Program-made: the position numbers and the translations under genes
Source: an uncultured Ignavibacterium sp.
GTDB lineage: Bacteria; Bacteroidota; Ignavibacteria; Tepidaquicellales; Tepidaquicellaceae
DNA length: 28,467 nt
Assembly (NCBI GenBank): GCA_964602825.1
Contig: CAZRSU010000001.1
Location: 8,836 to 37,302, forward strand
Reading direction: 5' to 3'
In this document: positions 15,346 through 23,552 of the stretch, one piece after another
How positions within the stretch are numbered: position 1 is the stretch's first letter
Layout of the letters: each line of letters starts with the position of its first letter
Notes under the pieces: model-generated
Told to the model about the DNA's origin: nothing
The model's database searches: none
What the model saw: the letters and a program-made list of their open reading frames with translations, nothing else

Positions 15346-18300
15346 ATGACCCGAATCACAGAAAATACTATCGAATCGTTTGCAATTGAGTTATTGGACA
15401 AACTCGGTTACGAATACATTTATGCTCCGAATATTGCCCCCGATGGTGAAACACCTGAAAGGGAAACTTACGAACAGGTTTTGTTGGTTGAACGTTTACA
15501 AAATGCCGTAAAACGCATAAACAAATACATTCCTGCCGATGCACAAACCGAAGCAGTAAAAGAGATTCAGCGCATTGCTTCACCCGAACTATTGGCAAAT
15601 AATGAGGCTTTTCACCGACTTTTAACCGAAGGTATTCCGGTTTCAAAACAATTAGATGGAAACGAACGGGGCGACCGTGTCTGGCTAATTGATTTTAAAG
15701 ATCCCTACAACAACGATTTTGTAGTTGCCAATCAGTTTACAGTGGTGGAGAACAACAATAACAAACGCCCCGATGTAATTTTGTTTGTTAATGGTATTCC
15801 GTTGGTGGTAATAGAATTAAAAAATGCAGCAGACGAAAATGCTACTATTCATTCGGCATTCAAACAAATTGAAACTTATAAAACCATAATTCCAACACTT
15901 TTCACTTACAATGGGTTTGTAGTAATTTCCGACGGATTAGAAGCCAAAGCGGGTTCTATCTCGGCGGGGTTTAGTCGTTTTATGGCGTGGAAGTCAGCCG
16001 ATGGAAAAGCAGAAGCATCGCATTTGGTAAGCCAGTTAGAAACCCTTATTTTGGGTATGCTCAATAAAGAAACACTGATTGACTTAATTCGTCATTTTAT
16101 TGTATTTGAAAAATCAAAACGAGAAGACCCCGAAACGGGAATTATAACAATTACCACCGTTAAAAAACTTGCAGCTTATCATCAATATTATGCTGTAAAC
16201 CGTGCTGTGGAATCCACATTACGAGCCGCCGGTTATTCCCCTCCCTCGGAGGGGTGGCTGAAAGCCGAGGTGGTAGAAGACCCGTATGGCATCTATCGCA
16301 ACGCTCAAAACTACTTCGATCTTCCATATAACCCAAAACTTAAAGAACGCGCACGGGCATTGCGTCAAGCCGGAAACTTAACGGAAGTACTTTTCTGGAA
16401 TCAGGTTAAAAACAAAAAATTTAAAGGTTATGACTTCGACCGTCAAAAAATAATTGGAAGCTACATAGTTGACTTTTATTGCAGCAACTGTAATGTAGTG
16501 ATAGAAATAGACGGGAGCAGTCATGATGACAAAGTAGATTATGATGCAGACAGAGATGCTTATTTAAGAAGCTTGGGGTTAGAGATTATTCATATTCCTG
16601 CAACAGATGTATTGCAGAGAATGGGGAGTGTTATGGATATGCTTTACGACCACCCCGCCCTAAAGGGCACCCCTCCAGAGGAGGGGAATGAACCACCCCG
16701 TCCGCCTATGGCGGACACCCCTCCAGAGGAGGGGAATATGGTGATGGAATCACCAGAAAGTTACGGTGTACCGGGTGTAAAAAAGCAACCTGTTGGCGAC
16801 CGTAAAGGGGGGGTAGTTTGGCACACACAAGGCAGCGGTAAATCGCTTTCAATGGTTTTCTATACGGGTAAAATCGTGTTGGCAATGGATAACCCTACCA
16901 TTGTGGTTATTACCGACCGCAACGATTTGGACGACCAGCTTTTTGATACATTTGCGGCATCTAAACAGTTATTACGTCAAGAACCGGTACAAGCCGAAGA
17001 TAGAAACCAACTGAAAGAGCTTTTAAAAGTTGTTTCGGGCGGTGTAGTTTTTACAACCATTCAAAAATTCCAACCCGATAATGGCAATATTTACGAATTG
17101 CTTTCCAATCGTGAAAACATTGTGGTGATTGCTGATGAAGCACACCGCACCCAATACGGATTTAAAGCCAAAACCATTGACGATAAAAATGAAAATGGCG
17201 ATGTAATTGGTAAAAGAATAGCTTACGGTTTTGCAAAATATATGCGTGATGCTTTACCTAATGCAACCTATCTGGGTTTTACAGGCACACCCATTGAAAA
17301 TACTGATGTAAACACCCCGGCCGTCTTCGGGAATTATGTGGACATTTACGACATTGCCCAAGCCGTTGAAGACGGGGCAACTGTCCGCATTTATTACGAA
17401 AGCCGTTTGGCAAAAGTAAACCTTAGCGAAGAAGGCAAGAAGTTAGTTGATGACTTGGACGATGAACTCGACCAGGAGGATTTAACCGATACCCAAAAAG
17501 CAAAAGCTAAGTGGACACAATTGGAAGCATTGGTTGGCAGCGAAAATAGAATTAGCCAGATTGCAAAAGATATTATAGAACATTTCGAGCAACGGCAATA
17601 TGTTTTTGAAGGCAAAGGGATGATTGTTACCATGAGCCGCCGTATTGCAGCAGATTTATACGAAGCCATCATCAAGCTAAAACCCGAATGGCATTCCAAT
17701 GAGTTGAACAAAGGTGTTATCAAAGTGGTAATGACTTCTTCATCGTCCGATGGTCCAAAGATTTCACGACATCATACAACCAAGGAACAACGCCGTACTT
17801 TAGCCGAACGCATGAAAAACCCGGATGATGAACTGAAACTCGTTATCGTTCGGGATATGTGGCTCACTGGTTTTGATGCACCATGTTTACACACCCTTTA
17901 CATTGACAAACCTATGAAAGGGCATAATTTGATGCAAGCTATCGCACGGGTAAACCGTGTTTATAAGGACAAGCCGGGCGGTTTAATTGTAGATTATCTC
18001 GGCATAGCATCCGATTTAAAAAAGGCACTTTCGTTCTATTCTGATTCAGGTGGAAAAGGCGACCCGACTATTTTACAGGAACAAGCAGTTCAATTAATGT
18101 TGGAAAAACTGGAAGTCGTTTCTCAAATGTTTAATGAATTCCCCTCCACTGGAGGGGTGGACAGCGAAACTGGACGGGGTGGTTTTAACTACGAAGATTA
18201 TTTTGCAGCCGAAACATCCAAAAAGCTTTCGATGATTTTAGCAGCCGAAGATCACATTTTAGGTTTGGAAGATGGCAAGAAAAGATACATAAATGAAGTT

Positions 18301-19095
18301 TCGGCATTATCAAAAGCCTTTGCAATAGCAATTCCGCACGATAAGGCAATGGATGCCAAAGATGAAATTTCATTCTTTCAGGCAGTAAAAGCACGATTAG
18401 CAAAATTTGACGGTACAGGTTCGGGCAAAACCGATGAAGATATTGAAACAACAATCCGTCAGGTAATAGACAAAGCATTGGTTACAGAAAAAGTAATTGA
18501 TGTATTTGATGCCGCAGGGTTAAAAAAACCCGACATTTCAATACTTTCAGAAGAATTCCTTCTGGAACTAAAGGGGATGGAACATAAAAATATAGCCCTC
18601 GAAGTATTGAAAAAATTACTCAACGATGAAATAAAATCAAGGGCTAAAAAGAATCTTGTAAAGAGTAAGTCCTTGATGGAAATGTTAGAGAACGCCATTA
18701 AGAAATACCATAATAAAATACTTACAGCAGCTGAAGTTATTGAAGAACTGATAAATCTGAGTAAAGACATTGTAGAAATGGATAACGAGGCCAAAGCAAT
18801 GGGGTTATCAGATTTTGAATATGCTTTTTATACAGCAGTTGCAAACAACGACAGTGCAAGAGAACTCATGCAAAAGGACAAATTGCGTGAATTAGCCGTT
18901 GTTTTGACAGAAACTATAAAACAAAATGCCTCGATTGACTGGACTATAAAAGAAAGCGTGAAAGCCAAACTTAAAGTTGCCGTAAAAAGACTATTAAGAA
19001 AATATGGTTATCCGCCCGACATGCAAATGCTCGCAACCGAAACCGTATTGAAACAAGCTGAAATGATTGCAAATGAATTAACAAATAAGGAGTAA
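15346..19095 (+). CDS. hsdR: Type I R-M restriction subunit with an inserted DUF559 cassette and a solo repeat
   Basis: RPD..L.VNGIPLV.IELK nuclease motif, YQYYAV, Walker A HTQGSGKS, DEAH, FT.TP, MWLTGFD.P, QA.ARVNR, C-terminal DWT..ES..A. Confidence 0.96.
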   Translation: MTRITENTIESFAIELLDKLGYEYIYAPNIAPDGETPERETYEQVLLVERLQNAVKRINKYIPADAQTEAVKEIQRIASPELLANNEAFHRLLTEGIPVSKQLDGNERGDRVWLIDFKDPYNNDFVVANQFTVVENNNNKRPDVILFVNGIPLVVIELKNAADENATIHSAFKQIETYKTIIPTLFTYNGFVVISDGLEAKAGSISAGFSRFMAWKSADGKAEASHLVSQLETLILGMLNKETLIDLIRHFIVFEKSKREDPETGIITITTVKKLAAYHQYYAVNRAVESTLRAAGYSPPSEGWLKAEVVEDPYGIYRNAQNYFDLPYNPKLKERARALRQAGNLTEVLFWNQVKNKKFKGYDFDRQKIIGSYIVDFYCSNCNVVIEIDGSSHDDKVDYDADRDAYLRSLGLEIIHIPATDVLQRMGSVMDMLYDHPALKGTPPEEGNEPPRPPMADTPPEEGNMVMESPESYGVPGVKKQPVGDRKGGVVWHTQGSGKSLSMVFYTGKIVLAMDNPTIVVITDRNDLDDQLFDTFAASKQLLRQEPVQAEDRNQLKELLKVVSGGVVFTTIQKFQPDNGNIYELLSNRENIVVIADEAHRTQYGFKAKTIDDKNENGDVIGKRIAYGFAKYMRDALPNATYLGFTGTPIENTDVNTPAVFGNYVDIYDIAQAVEDGATVRIYYESRLAKVNLSEEGKKLVDDLDDELDQEDLTDTQKAKAKWTQLEALVGSENRISQIAKDIIEHFEQRQYVFEGKGMIVTMSRRIAADLYEAIIKLKPEWHSNELNKGVIKVVMTSSSSDGPKISRHHTTKEQRRTLAERMKNPDDELKLVIVRDMWLTGFDAPCLHTLYIDKPMKGHNLMQAIARVNRVYKDKPGGLIVDYLGIASDLKKALSFYSDSGGKGDPTILQEQAVQLMLEKLEVVSQMFNEFPSTGGVDSETGRGGFNYEDYFAAETSKKLSMILAAEDHILGLEDGKKRYINEVSALSKAFAIAIPHDKAMDAKDEISFFQAVKARLAKFDGTGSGKTDEDIETTIRQVIDKALVTEKVIDVFDAAGLKKPDISILSEEFLLELKGMEHKNIALEVLKKLLNDEIKSRAKKNLVKSKSLMEMLENAIKKYHNKILTAAEVIEELINLSKDIVEMDNEAKAMGLSDFEYAFYTAVANNDSARELMQKDKLRELAVVLTETIKQNASIDWTIKESVKAKLKVAVKRLLRKYGYPPDMQMLATETVLKQAEMIANELTNKE
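16236..16736 (+). mobile_element. 501-bp in-frame cassette: DUF559 (Vsr-like PD-(D/E)XK) endonuclease domain flanked by inverted double-hairpin repeats
   Basis: Left unit 16236-16274 (+); right dimer 16649-16688 and 16692-16736 (-); core LPYNPKLKERAR.LR....E..FW, FDRQK.IG.YIVDFYC, VIEIDG.SH; 501 = 167 codons. Mobility is inferred. Confidence 0.8.
18139..18183 (+). repeat. Solo in-frame coding double-hairpin repeat in hsdR (FPSTGGVDSETGRGG)
   Basis: 45 bp; hairpin A intact, hairpin B partly degraded. Confidence 0.88.
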
Positions 19096-19222
19096 AATTT
19101 ATATTGTAAATCCGGCACTTTTCAACAAAAAGGTAAATTCACAGAACAGTGTTTTAACGGTAATTTGAACAACAATAAAAAGGCATTGAACAACAAGATT
19201 TTCTTTTCAACACACAAAGAAT

Positions 19223-19251
19223 TTGACATTTTATTAAATTGGGATTACTTT
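19223..19251 (+). promoter_or_regulatory. Sigma70-type promoter (TTGACA-N17-TACTTT) for the MATE gene
   Basis: Perfect -35 hexamer and TAnnnT -10 at 17-bp spacing. Confidence 0.6.
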
Positions 19252-19335
19252 TATCTTTTGTTTATTTTTGTTAAATGAATAACTGATTCTAAAAGTATGG
19301 CGAAGCGTAGTTATAAATGTTAATATTAGAAAATA

Positions 19336-20697
19336 ATGGTCTCAACACTTGATAATACATCCGACAGAAAAATAATATTCAATCTCTCGTTTCCGGCGGT
19401 GATGCAGACGGTGATGAGGTCTATGTTTATCATCATTGATGCGTACTGGGTGGGCAAACTAGGTAGCCAGCCGCTGGCAGCTCTGACCGTGGCGACGTTT
19501 ATCGTGTGGGGCGTTATCGCGCTCGGAGAGGTGATTGCAACGGGTACGAATTCCCTCGTGGCGCAGGCGAGCGGCGCAAAATCACTCGAACTTGCACGGA
19601 ACATTTCCACGGAGAATATTGTGAATTCACTGGTGTACACTTTTATCGTAGGTGTATGCACCGTACCTGCACTGCCGTTTCTGTACGGCGTGATAAATCT
19701 TTCGCCCGATATCGCAGCGCTTGCGGATGAATATCTGAAAGTTTTTCTCTACGGACTGCCTGCGATACTTGTGCTGTCAACCGTTACGGCAATCTTCCGC
19801 GGATATGAAGACACGAAAACGCCGTTCAAACTGCTTTTCGTGGCGCTTACTCTGAACTTTTTTCTCGCGCCGCTTTTTATTTTCGGAATCAACGGATATT
19901 TTAAATGGGGAATTGCCGGCTCCGCAGTGTCCACTATGATTTCATTTTTTATCGAATCGGCTGCGGGATATTTTATACTGCTGAAAAGAAAATTAATTTA
20001 TGCGCTTCACAAATATAAATTCGATTTTGCGAAACTGAAAGAAACTTTCAGAATCGGTTTTCCGATTGCACTGAACGGAGTTTTCTTTTCTTTTATATAT
20101 GTTTTGATTTCGCGCATCGTGAGCGATTATGGTACTGTCGGATTTGCCGCCATCGGAATTTCAAACCGGAGCGAATCGCTGTCGTATCAGATATGTGTCG
20201 GATTTTCACTAACCGCAACAATTCTAGTCGGACAGTTTGTGGGTGCGGGCGATTACAAAAAAGCTGAACGCCTTGCTTGGAAAACATTGCTGCTTACAAT
20301 TAACGTTATGGTCGTAATCGCTGTGCTGCTTTTTGCATTCAGCACGCCGGTAGCAGAGGTTTTTTCAAGCGACTATGAGGTGATTCCCGTCGCTTCGCTT
20401 TTCAATAAAATCACGTCGCTTGTGCTTGTGTTTTCCGCCTGCGAAGTGGTGCTCAGCGGGGCTTTCGCTGGTGCAGGCGATTCGTTCCCGCCGTTTATTA
20501 TTGCCACGCCGCTTAATCTTGCAAGAGTGCCTTTCGTATGGCTATTCTCTCATCTTTGGGGGCTTACAGGGCTATGGGCAGCTGTCTGTATGACCGTTGT
20601 GCTTAAGGGCATTATCATTACTTTGTGGTTTAAAAAAGGCAGCTGGAAAAATAAACGGTCTAAACTGCTTGATATCACATCAAGCGGACCTTTCTGA
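19336..20697 (+). CDS. MATE-family efflux transporter
   Basis: D...VG.LG..LAA, LVAQ..GA, RG..DT.TP, 12-TM pattern, R.GAGD...A, G..G.W.A. Confidence 0.93.
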   Translation: MVSTLDNTSDRKIIFNLSFPAVMQTVMRSMFIIIDAYWVGKLGSQPLAALTVATFIVWGVIALGEVIATGTNSLVAQASGAKSLELARNISTENIVNSLVYTFIVGVCTVPALPFLYGVINLSPDIAALADEYLKVFLYGLPAILVLSTVTAIFRGYEDTKTPFKLLFVALTLNFFLAPLFIFGINGYFKWGIAGSAVSTMISFFIESAAGYFILLKRKLIYALHKYKFDFAKLKETFRIGFPIALNGVFFSFIYVLISRIVSDYGTVGFAAIGISNRSESLSYQICVGFSLTATILVGQFVGAGDYKKAERLAWKTLLLTINVMVVIAVLLFAFSTPVAEVFSSDYEVIPVASLFNKITSLVLVFSACEVVLSGAFAGAGDSFPPFIIATPLNLARVPFVWLFSHLWGLTGLWAAVCMTVVLKGIIITLWFKKGSWKNKRSKLLDITSSGPF

Positions 20698-20763
20698 AAA
20701 ATTGATATTTTTATTTTTTTCGTTCCGGCGACTGTGTAAAACATGTACAGCATCCCAATTATT

Positions 20764-20799
20764 CAACTCCTACGGAGTTGCTTGCAATATTTGAACAAG
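20764..20799. repeat. AACTCCTACGGAGTT palindrome plus a 19-bp segment that is the exact inverse of 10078-10096
   Basis: 20781-20799 CTTGCAATATTTGAACAAG is the reverse complement of CTTGTTCAAATATTGCAAG. Confidence 0.85.
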
Positions 20800-20835
20800 C
20801 GATATGCGAAACATCGGGAGTGACGCCATAAGAAG

Positions 20836-21075
20836 AAAACGTTTTATGCCTACGGCATAAAGAAAGAAGTAGTTCTCCGGCTACAAACATTTTATGCCTA
20901 CGGCATATTGAAATAACCTGAATTCTTTTTCTACAAACATTTTATGCCTACGCATAAAGAAAGAAGTAGTTCTCCGGCTACAAACGTTATATGCCTACGG
21001 CATAAGGAGGGAAAATGTAATCCTGAATCTACAAACGTTATATGCCTACGGCATAAGGAGGGAAAATGTAATCCT
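20836..21075 (-). repeat. Tandem REP-like array, 5 units, period 47-51 bp, inverted relative to 9714-9925
   Basis: ATGCCTACGGCAT at 20846, 20894, 20944 (1-nt deletion), 20991, 21042. Confidence 0.9.
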
Positions 21076-21096
21076 GCAAATATTCAATTATTATTA

Positions 21097-21292
21097 GTAG
21101 GGGCGGGGCTCGCCCCCGCCCATTTGAGCGTTGACTGCCGGTTGAAACAAGATACGGTGACCACGCATTTGGCTCGCCCCGCCCATTTGAGCGCTGACTG
21201 CCGGTTGAAACAAGATACGGTGACCACACATTTGGCTCGCCCCCGCCCATTTGAGCGTTGACGCGCAGGGCAGCGGCAAGCGCTGCCCCTAC
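21097..21292. repeat. GTAG-type REP doublet (REPIN-like) with an internal 63-64-bp tandem amplification
   Basis: GTAGGGGCGGGGCTCGCCCCCGCCC ... GGGCAGCGGCAAGCGCTGCCCCTAC; internal units start at 21107, 21171, 21234. Confidence 0.85.
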
Positions 21293-21325
21293 ACTTTTAG
21301 TGAGGGGTTTTACACTTTTTATAAT

Positions 21326-22444
21326 TCAGCTTACTTTTTTGTAACGCCATATTGCCAGAGAAAGTACGATTACCGAAAAAGCGGATAATGTATAAATAAT
21401 GCTCAATAATTCTTTGAGTCCTGACCCTTTCAGCATAATCATTCTTAAAGCGCGGTTAAAGTATGCGGTGGGTATAAACTTCGTGATGAGCTGTGCCCAG
21501 TCAGGCATATTTTCTATGGGAGTGAATATACCGCCCATCAGAATAAAAAGCACCATAATAAACCAGGCAATGAACATCGCCTGCTGCTGCGTGTGTGTTA
21601 CTGTCGAAACGAACAGACCAATTCCCAATACAACCAATAAATATAATGATGCAGTAATAAATATCCAGAACGGATTTCCCAAAAACGGGATGTCATATAA
21701 TATAATCCCCAGCACTATACCTGCGAGCAATTCAATTATTCCGATAATCCAGAAAGGAAATAATTTTCCTATTATGAACTGATATTTTTTAATCGGAGTT
21801 ACGTTCAGCTGCTCAATAGTGCCGATTTCTTTTTCACGGGCTATATTCATTCCCGTCAGGAACATGCCGATTATCGAAACAAGAATCACAAGAATTCCCG
21901 GCACCATATATGTTTTGTAATTCAGTTCGGGATTGTACCAGTTTGAATATTCAATATTGATGGGCATCGAGACGCCGTCCGGAGAAACTGTGCCGGTTTC
22001 CACGAGTACGCCGCTGTTGAAATCCTTTATGATATTAACGCTGTAATTCATAATCACGCCCGCCGTCATTCCGTCTTCGGCGTTGATGAGCAGCTGCACT
22101 TTGCTTTTTTCGCCGAGCCTGAAATTCTTCTCAAAATCCGGCGGAATATTTAAAATCATTTTAAAATTATTCTCCTTGAATTTCTCGACAGCTTTATCTG
22201 CATTGAAATCGTAACCCTGCAGCTGAAAATATCCGCTTGATGAAAATTTTGAAACAAGGTCGCGCGAAAATCTGCTGTTATCCAAATCAACAACTTCAAA
22301 TTTTATATTCCTTATTTCATAAGTAACCGCATGAGCCAATATCAAAAGCTGAAAAAGCGGCATGAAAAAAATAAGCGGTATCATTGACTTATTTCTGAAA
22401 ATCTGAAGAAATTCTTTGCGCAATATATAAATAATAGTCCTCAT
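21326..22444 (-). CDS. ABC-2 type permease (YbhR-like)
   Basis: KEF.Q..R, YNP.L.Y...MVPGI, AREKE.GT.EQL..TP, LSG..TPIE.MP.W. Confidence 0.92.
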   Translation of the reverse strand: MRTIIYILRKEFLQIFRNKSMIPLIFFMPLFQLLILAHAVTYEIRNIKFEVVDLDNSRFSRDLVSKFSSSGYFQLQGYDFNADKAVEKFKENNFKMILNIPPDFEKNFRLGEKSKVQLLINAEDGMTAGVIMNYSVNIIKDFNSGVLVETGTVSPDGVSMPINIEYSNWYNPELNYKTYMVPGILVILVSIIGMFLTGMNIAREKEIGTIEQLNVTPIKKYQFIIGKLFPFWIIGIIELLAGIVLGIILYDIPFLGNPFWIFITASLYLLVVLGIGLFVSTVTHTQQQAMFIAWFIMVLFILMGGIFTPIENMPDWAQLITKFIPTAYFNRALRMIMLKGSGLKELLSIIYTLSAFSVIVLSLAIWRYKKVS

Positions 22445-22445
22445 G

Positions 22446-23552
22446 TTATTGCAGTCTGATTTTAAATTTTTTAACGCTCATTATCATAAAAAATAAATTC
22501 ATCAGAAACAAAACGAGCGTTTCTTTCCAGATATAAATAAATTCCGAGCCCTTAAGCATCAATGCTTTCATGATTATGATAAAATATTTCGCAGGCACAA
22601 TGTAACTTATATACTGCAGCAGGCGCGGCATGTCTTCAACGGGGAAAATATACCCTGAAAGCAGAATCGTCGGCATCATTAATGCGCCGAGTGAAATCAT
22701 CATTGCGGTCTGCTGGTTTCCGACAAGAGTGGAAATAAGTATTCCGAGCGAAAGCGATGTCATTACGAATAAAATCGTTTCAAGCAGAATAAGTATGATA
22801 GAACCCGCAATCGGAATTGCGAACACAAATTTTCCGAGCAGAAGTATTACAATCGCATTCACAAACGACAGGAAAAAATAAGGCAGTACCTTGCCGAGTA
22901 TTATCTGAAGCGGATTAAGCGGAGATACAAGCAGAATTTCCATCGTGCCGAGTTCTTTTTCGCGCGTGATGGAAATTGAGGTCATAAGCGTGCAAATCAA
23001 CAGCAATATCACGGCAATAAGTCCCGGCACAAAAAGAAATACGCTTTTCAGATTCGGATTGTAAATCATTTTTACTTCGGTGTCAATCTGCGGTAAGCCG
23101 TCACCGGGCTTTGTCAGCGACATCTGATAGTCATTGATTATCGCGGAAGTGTAATTGATAATCATATTTGCATAGTTCGGGTCTGACGCATCGGCAATGA
23201 GCTGCACGGACGCTTTGCCCGTGTGATAAAGGTTGTCTGAAAACTGCGGCTCGAAAATTATTACTTCCTTTACAATTCCTTTTTTAAATTCCCTGTCAAT
23301 GTCATTTATGCTTTTCAGGTTGTCATAGAGTTTGAAATACCCCGACGAAAGAAGTTTGTTTGAAATTTCCAGTGTAATATTGTCTTTTGATTCATCAAGA
23401 ATCGCAATGCTTGAATCACGGATTTCGTTTGAAATTGCAAAACCGAAAATCAGAATCTGCACGATGGGCATTCCGAATAAAATCAGGAGCGTTCTGTAAT
23501 CCCTGAAAATGTGAAGAAATTCTTTCCAGAAAAATGCGAGAAACTTTTTCAT
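22446..23552 (-). CDS. ABC-2 type permease (YbhS-like)
   Basis: KEF..I.RD, YNP.L.S...VPGL, REKE.GT.E.L..SP, LSG.IFP...MP. Confidence 0.92.
   Translation of the reverse strand: MKKFLAFFWKEFLHIFRDYRTLLILFGMPIVQILIFGFAISNEIRDSSIAILDESKDNITLEISNKLLSSGYFKLYDNLKSINDIDREFKKGIVKEVIIFEPQFSDNLYHTGKASVQLIADASDPNYANMIINYTSAIINDYQMSLTKPGDGLPQIDTEVKMIYNPNLKSVFLFVPGLIAVILLLICTLMTSISITREKELGTMEILLVSPLNPLQIILGKVLPYFFLSFVNAIVILLLGKFVFAIPIAGSIILILLETILFVMTSLSLGILISTLVGNQQTAMMISLGALMMPTILLSGYIFPVEDMPRLLQYISYIVPAKYFIIIMKALMLKGSEFIYIWKETLVLFLMNLFFMIMSVKKFKIRLQ

Noticed and set aside
16236-16736. Intein or self-splicing intron explanation for the HsdR insert
   Set aside because: No Cys/Ser start with His-Asn end, no LAGLIDADG or Hint blocks, no group I/II core; the boundaries are DNA palindromes.
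10656-19661. Long antisense ORFs over hsdM, KilA-N, hsdS, hsdR and MATE (e.g. 10656-11204, 12614-13129, 13538-14038)
   Set aside because: Fully overlap well-supported genes on the other strand and show no motifs.
20836-21075. CRISPR interpretation of the right-hand array
   Set aside because: Linkers are duplicated (A-B-A-C-C), units match dispersed solo REPs, and there is no leader or cas gene.
20944-21279. Short ORFs 20944-21261, 21038-21250, 21094-21279
   Set aside because: They overlie REP and REPIN repeats and are open only because of repeat composition.
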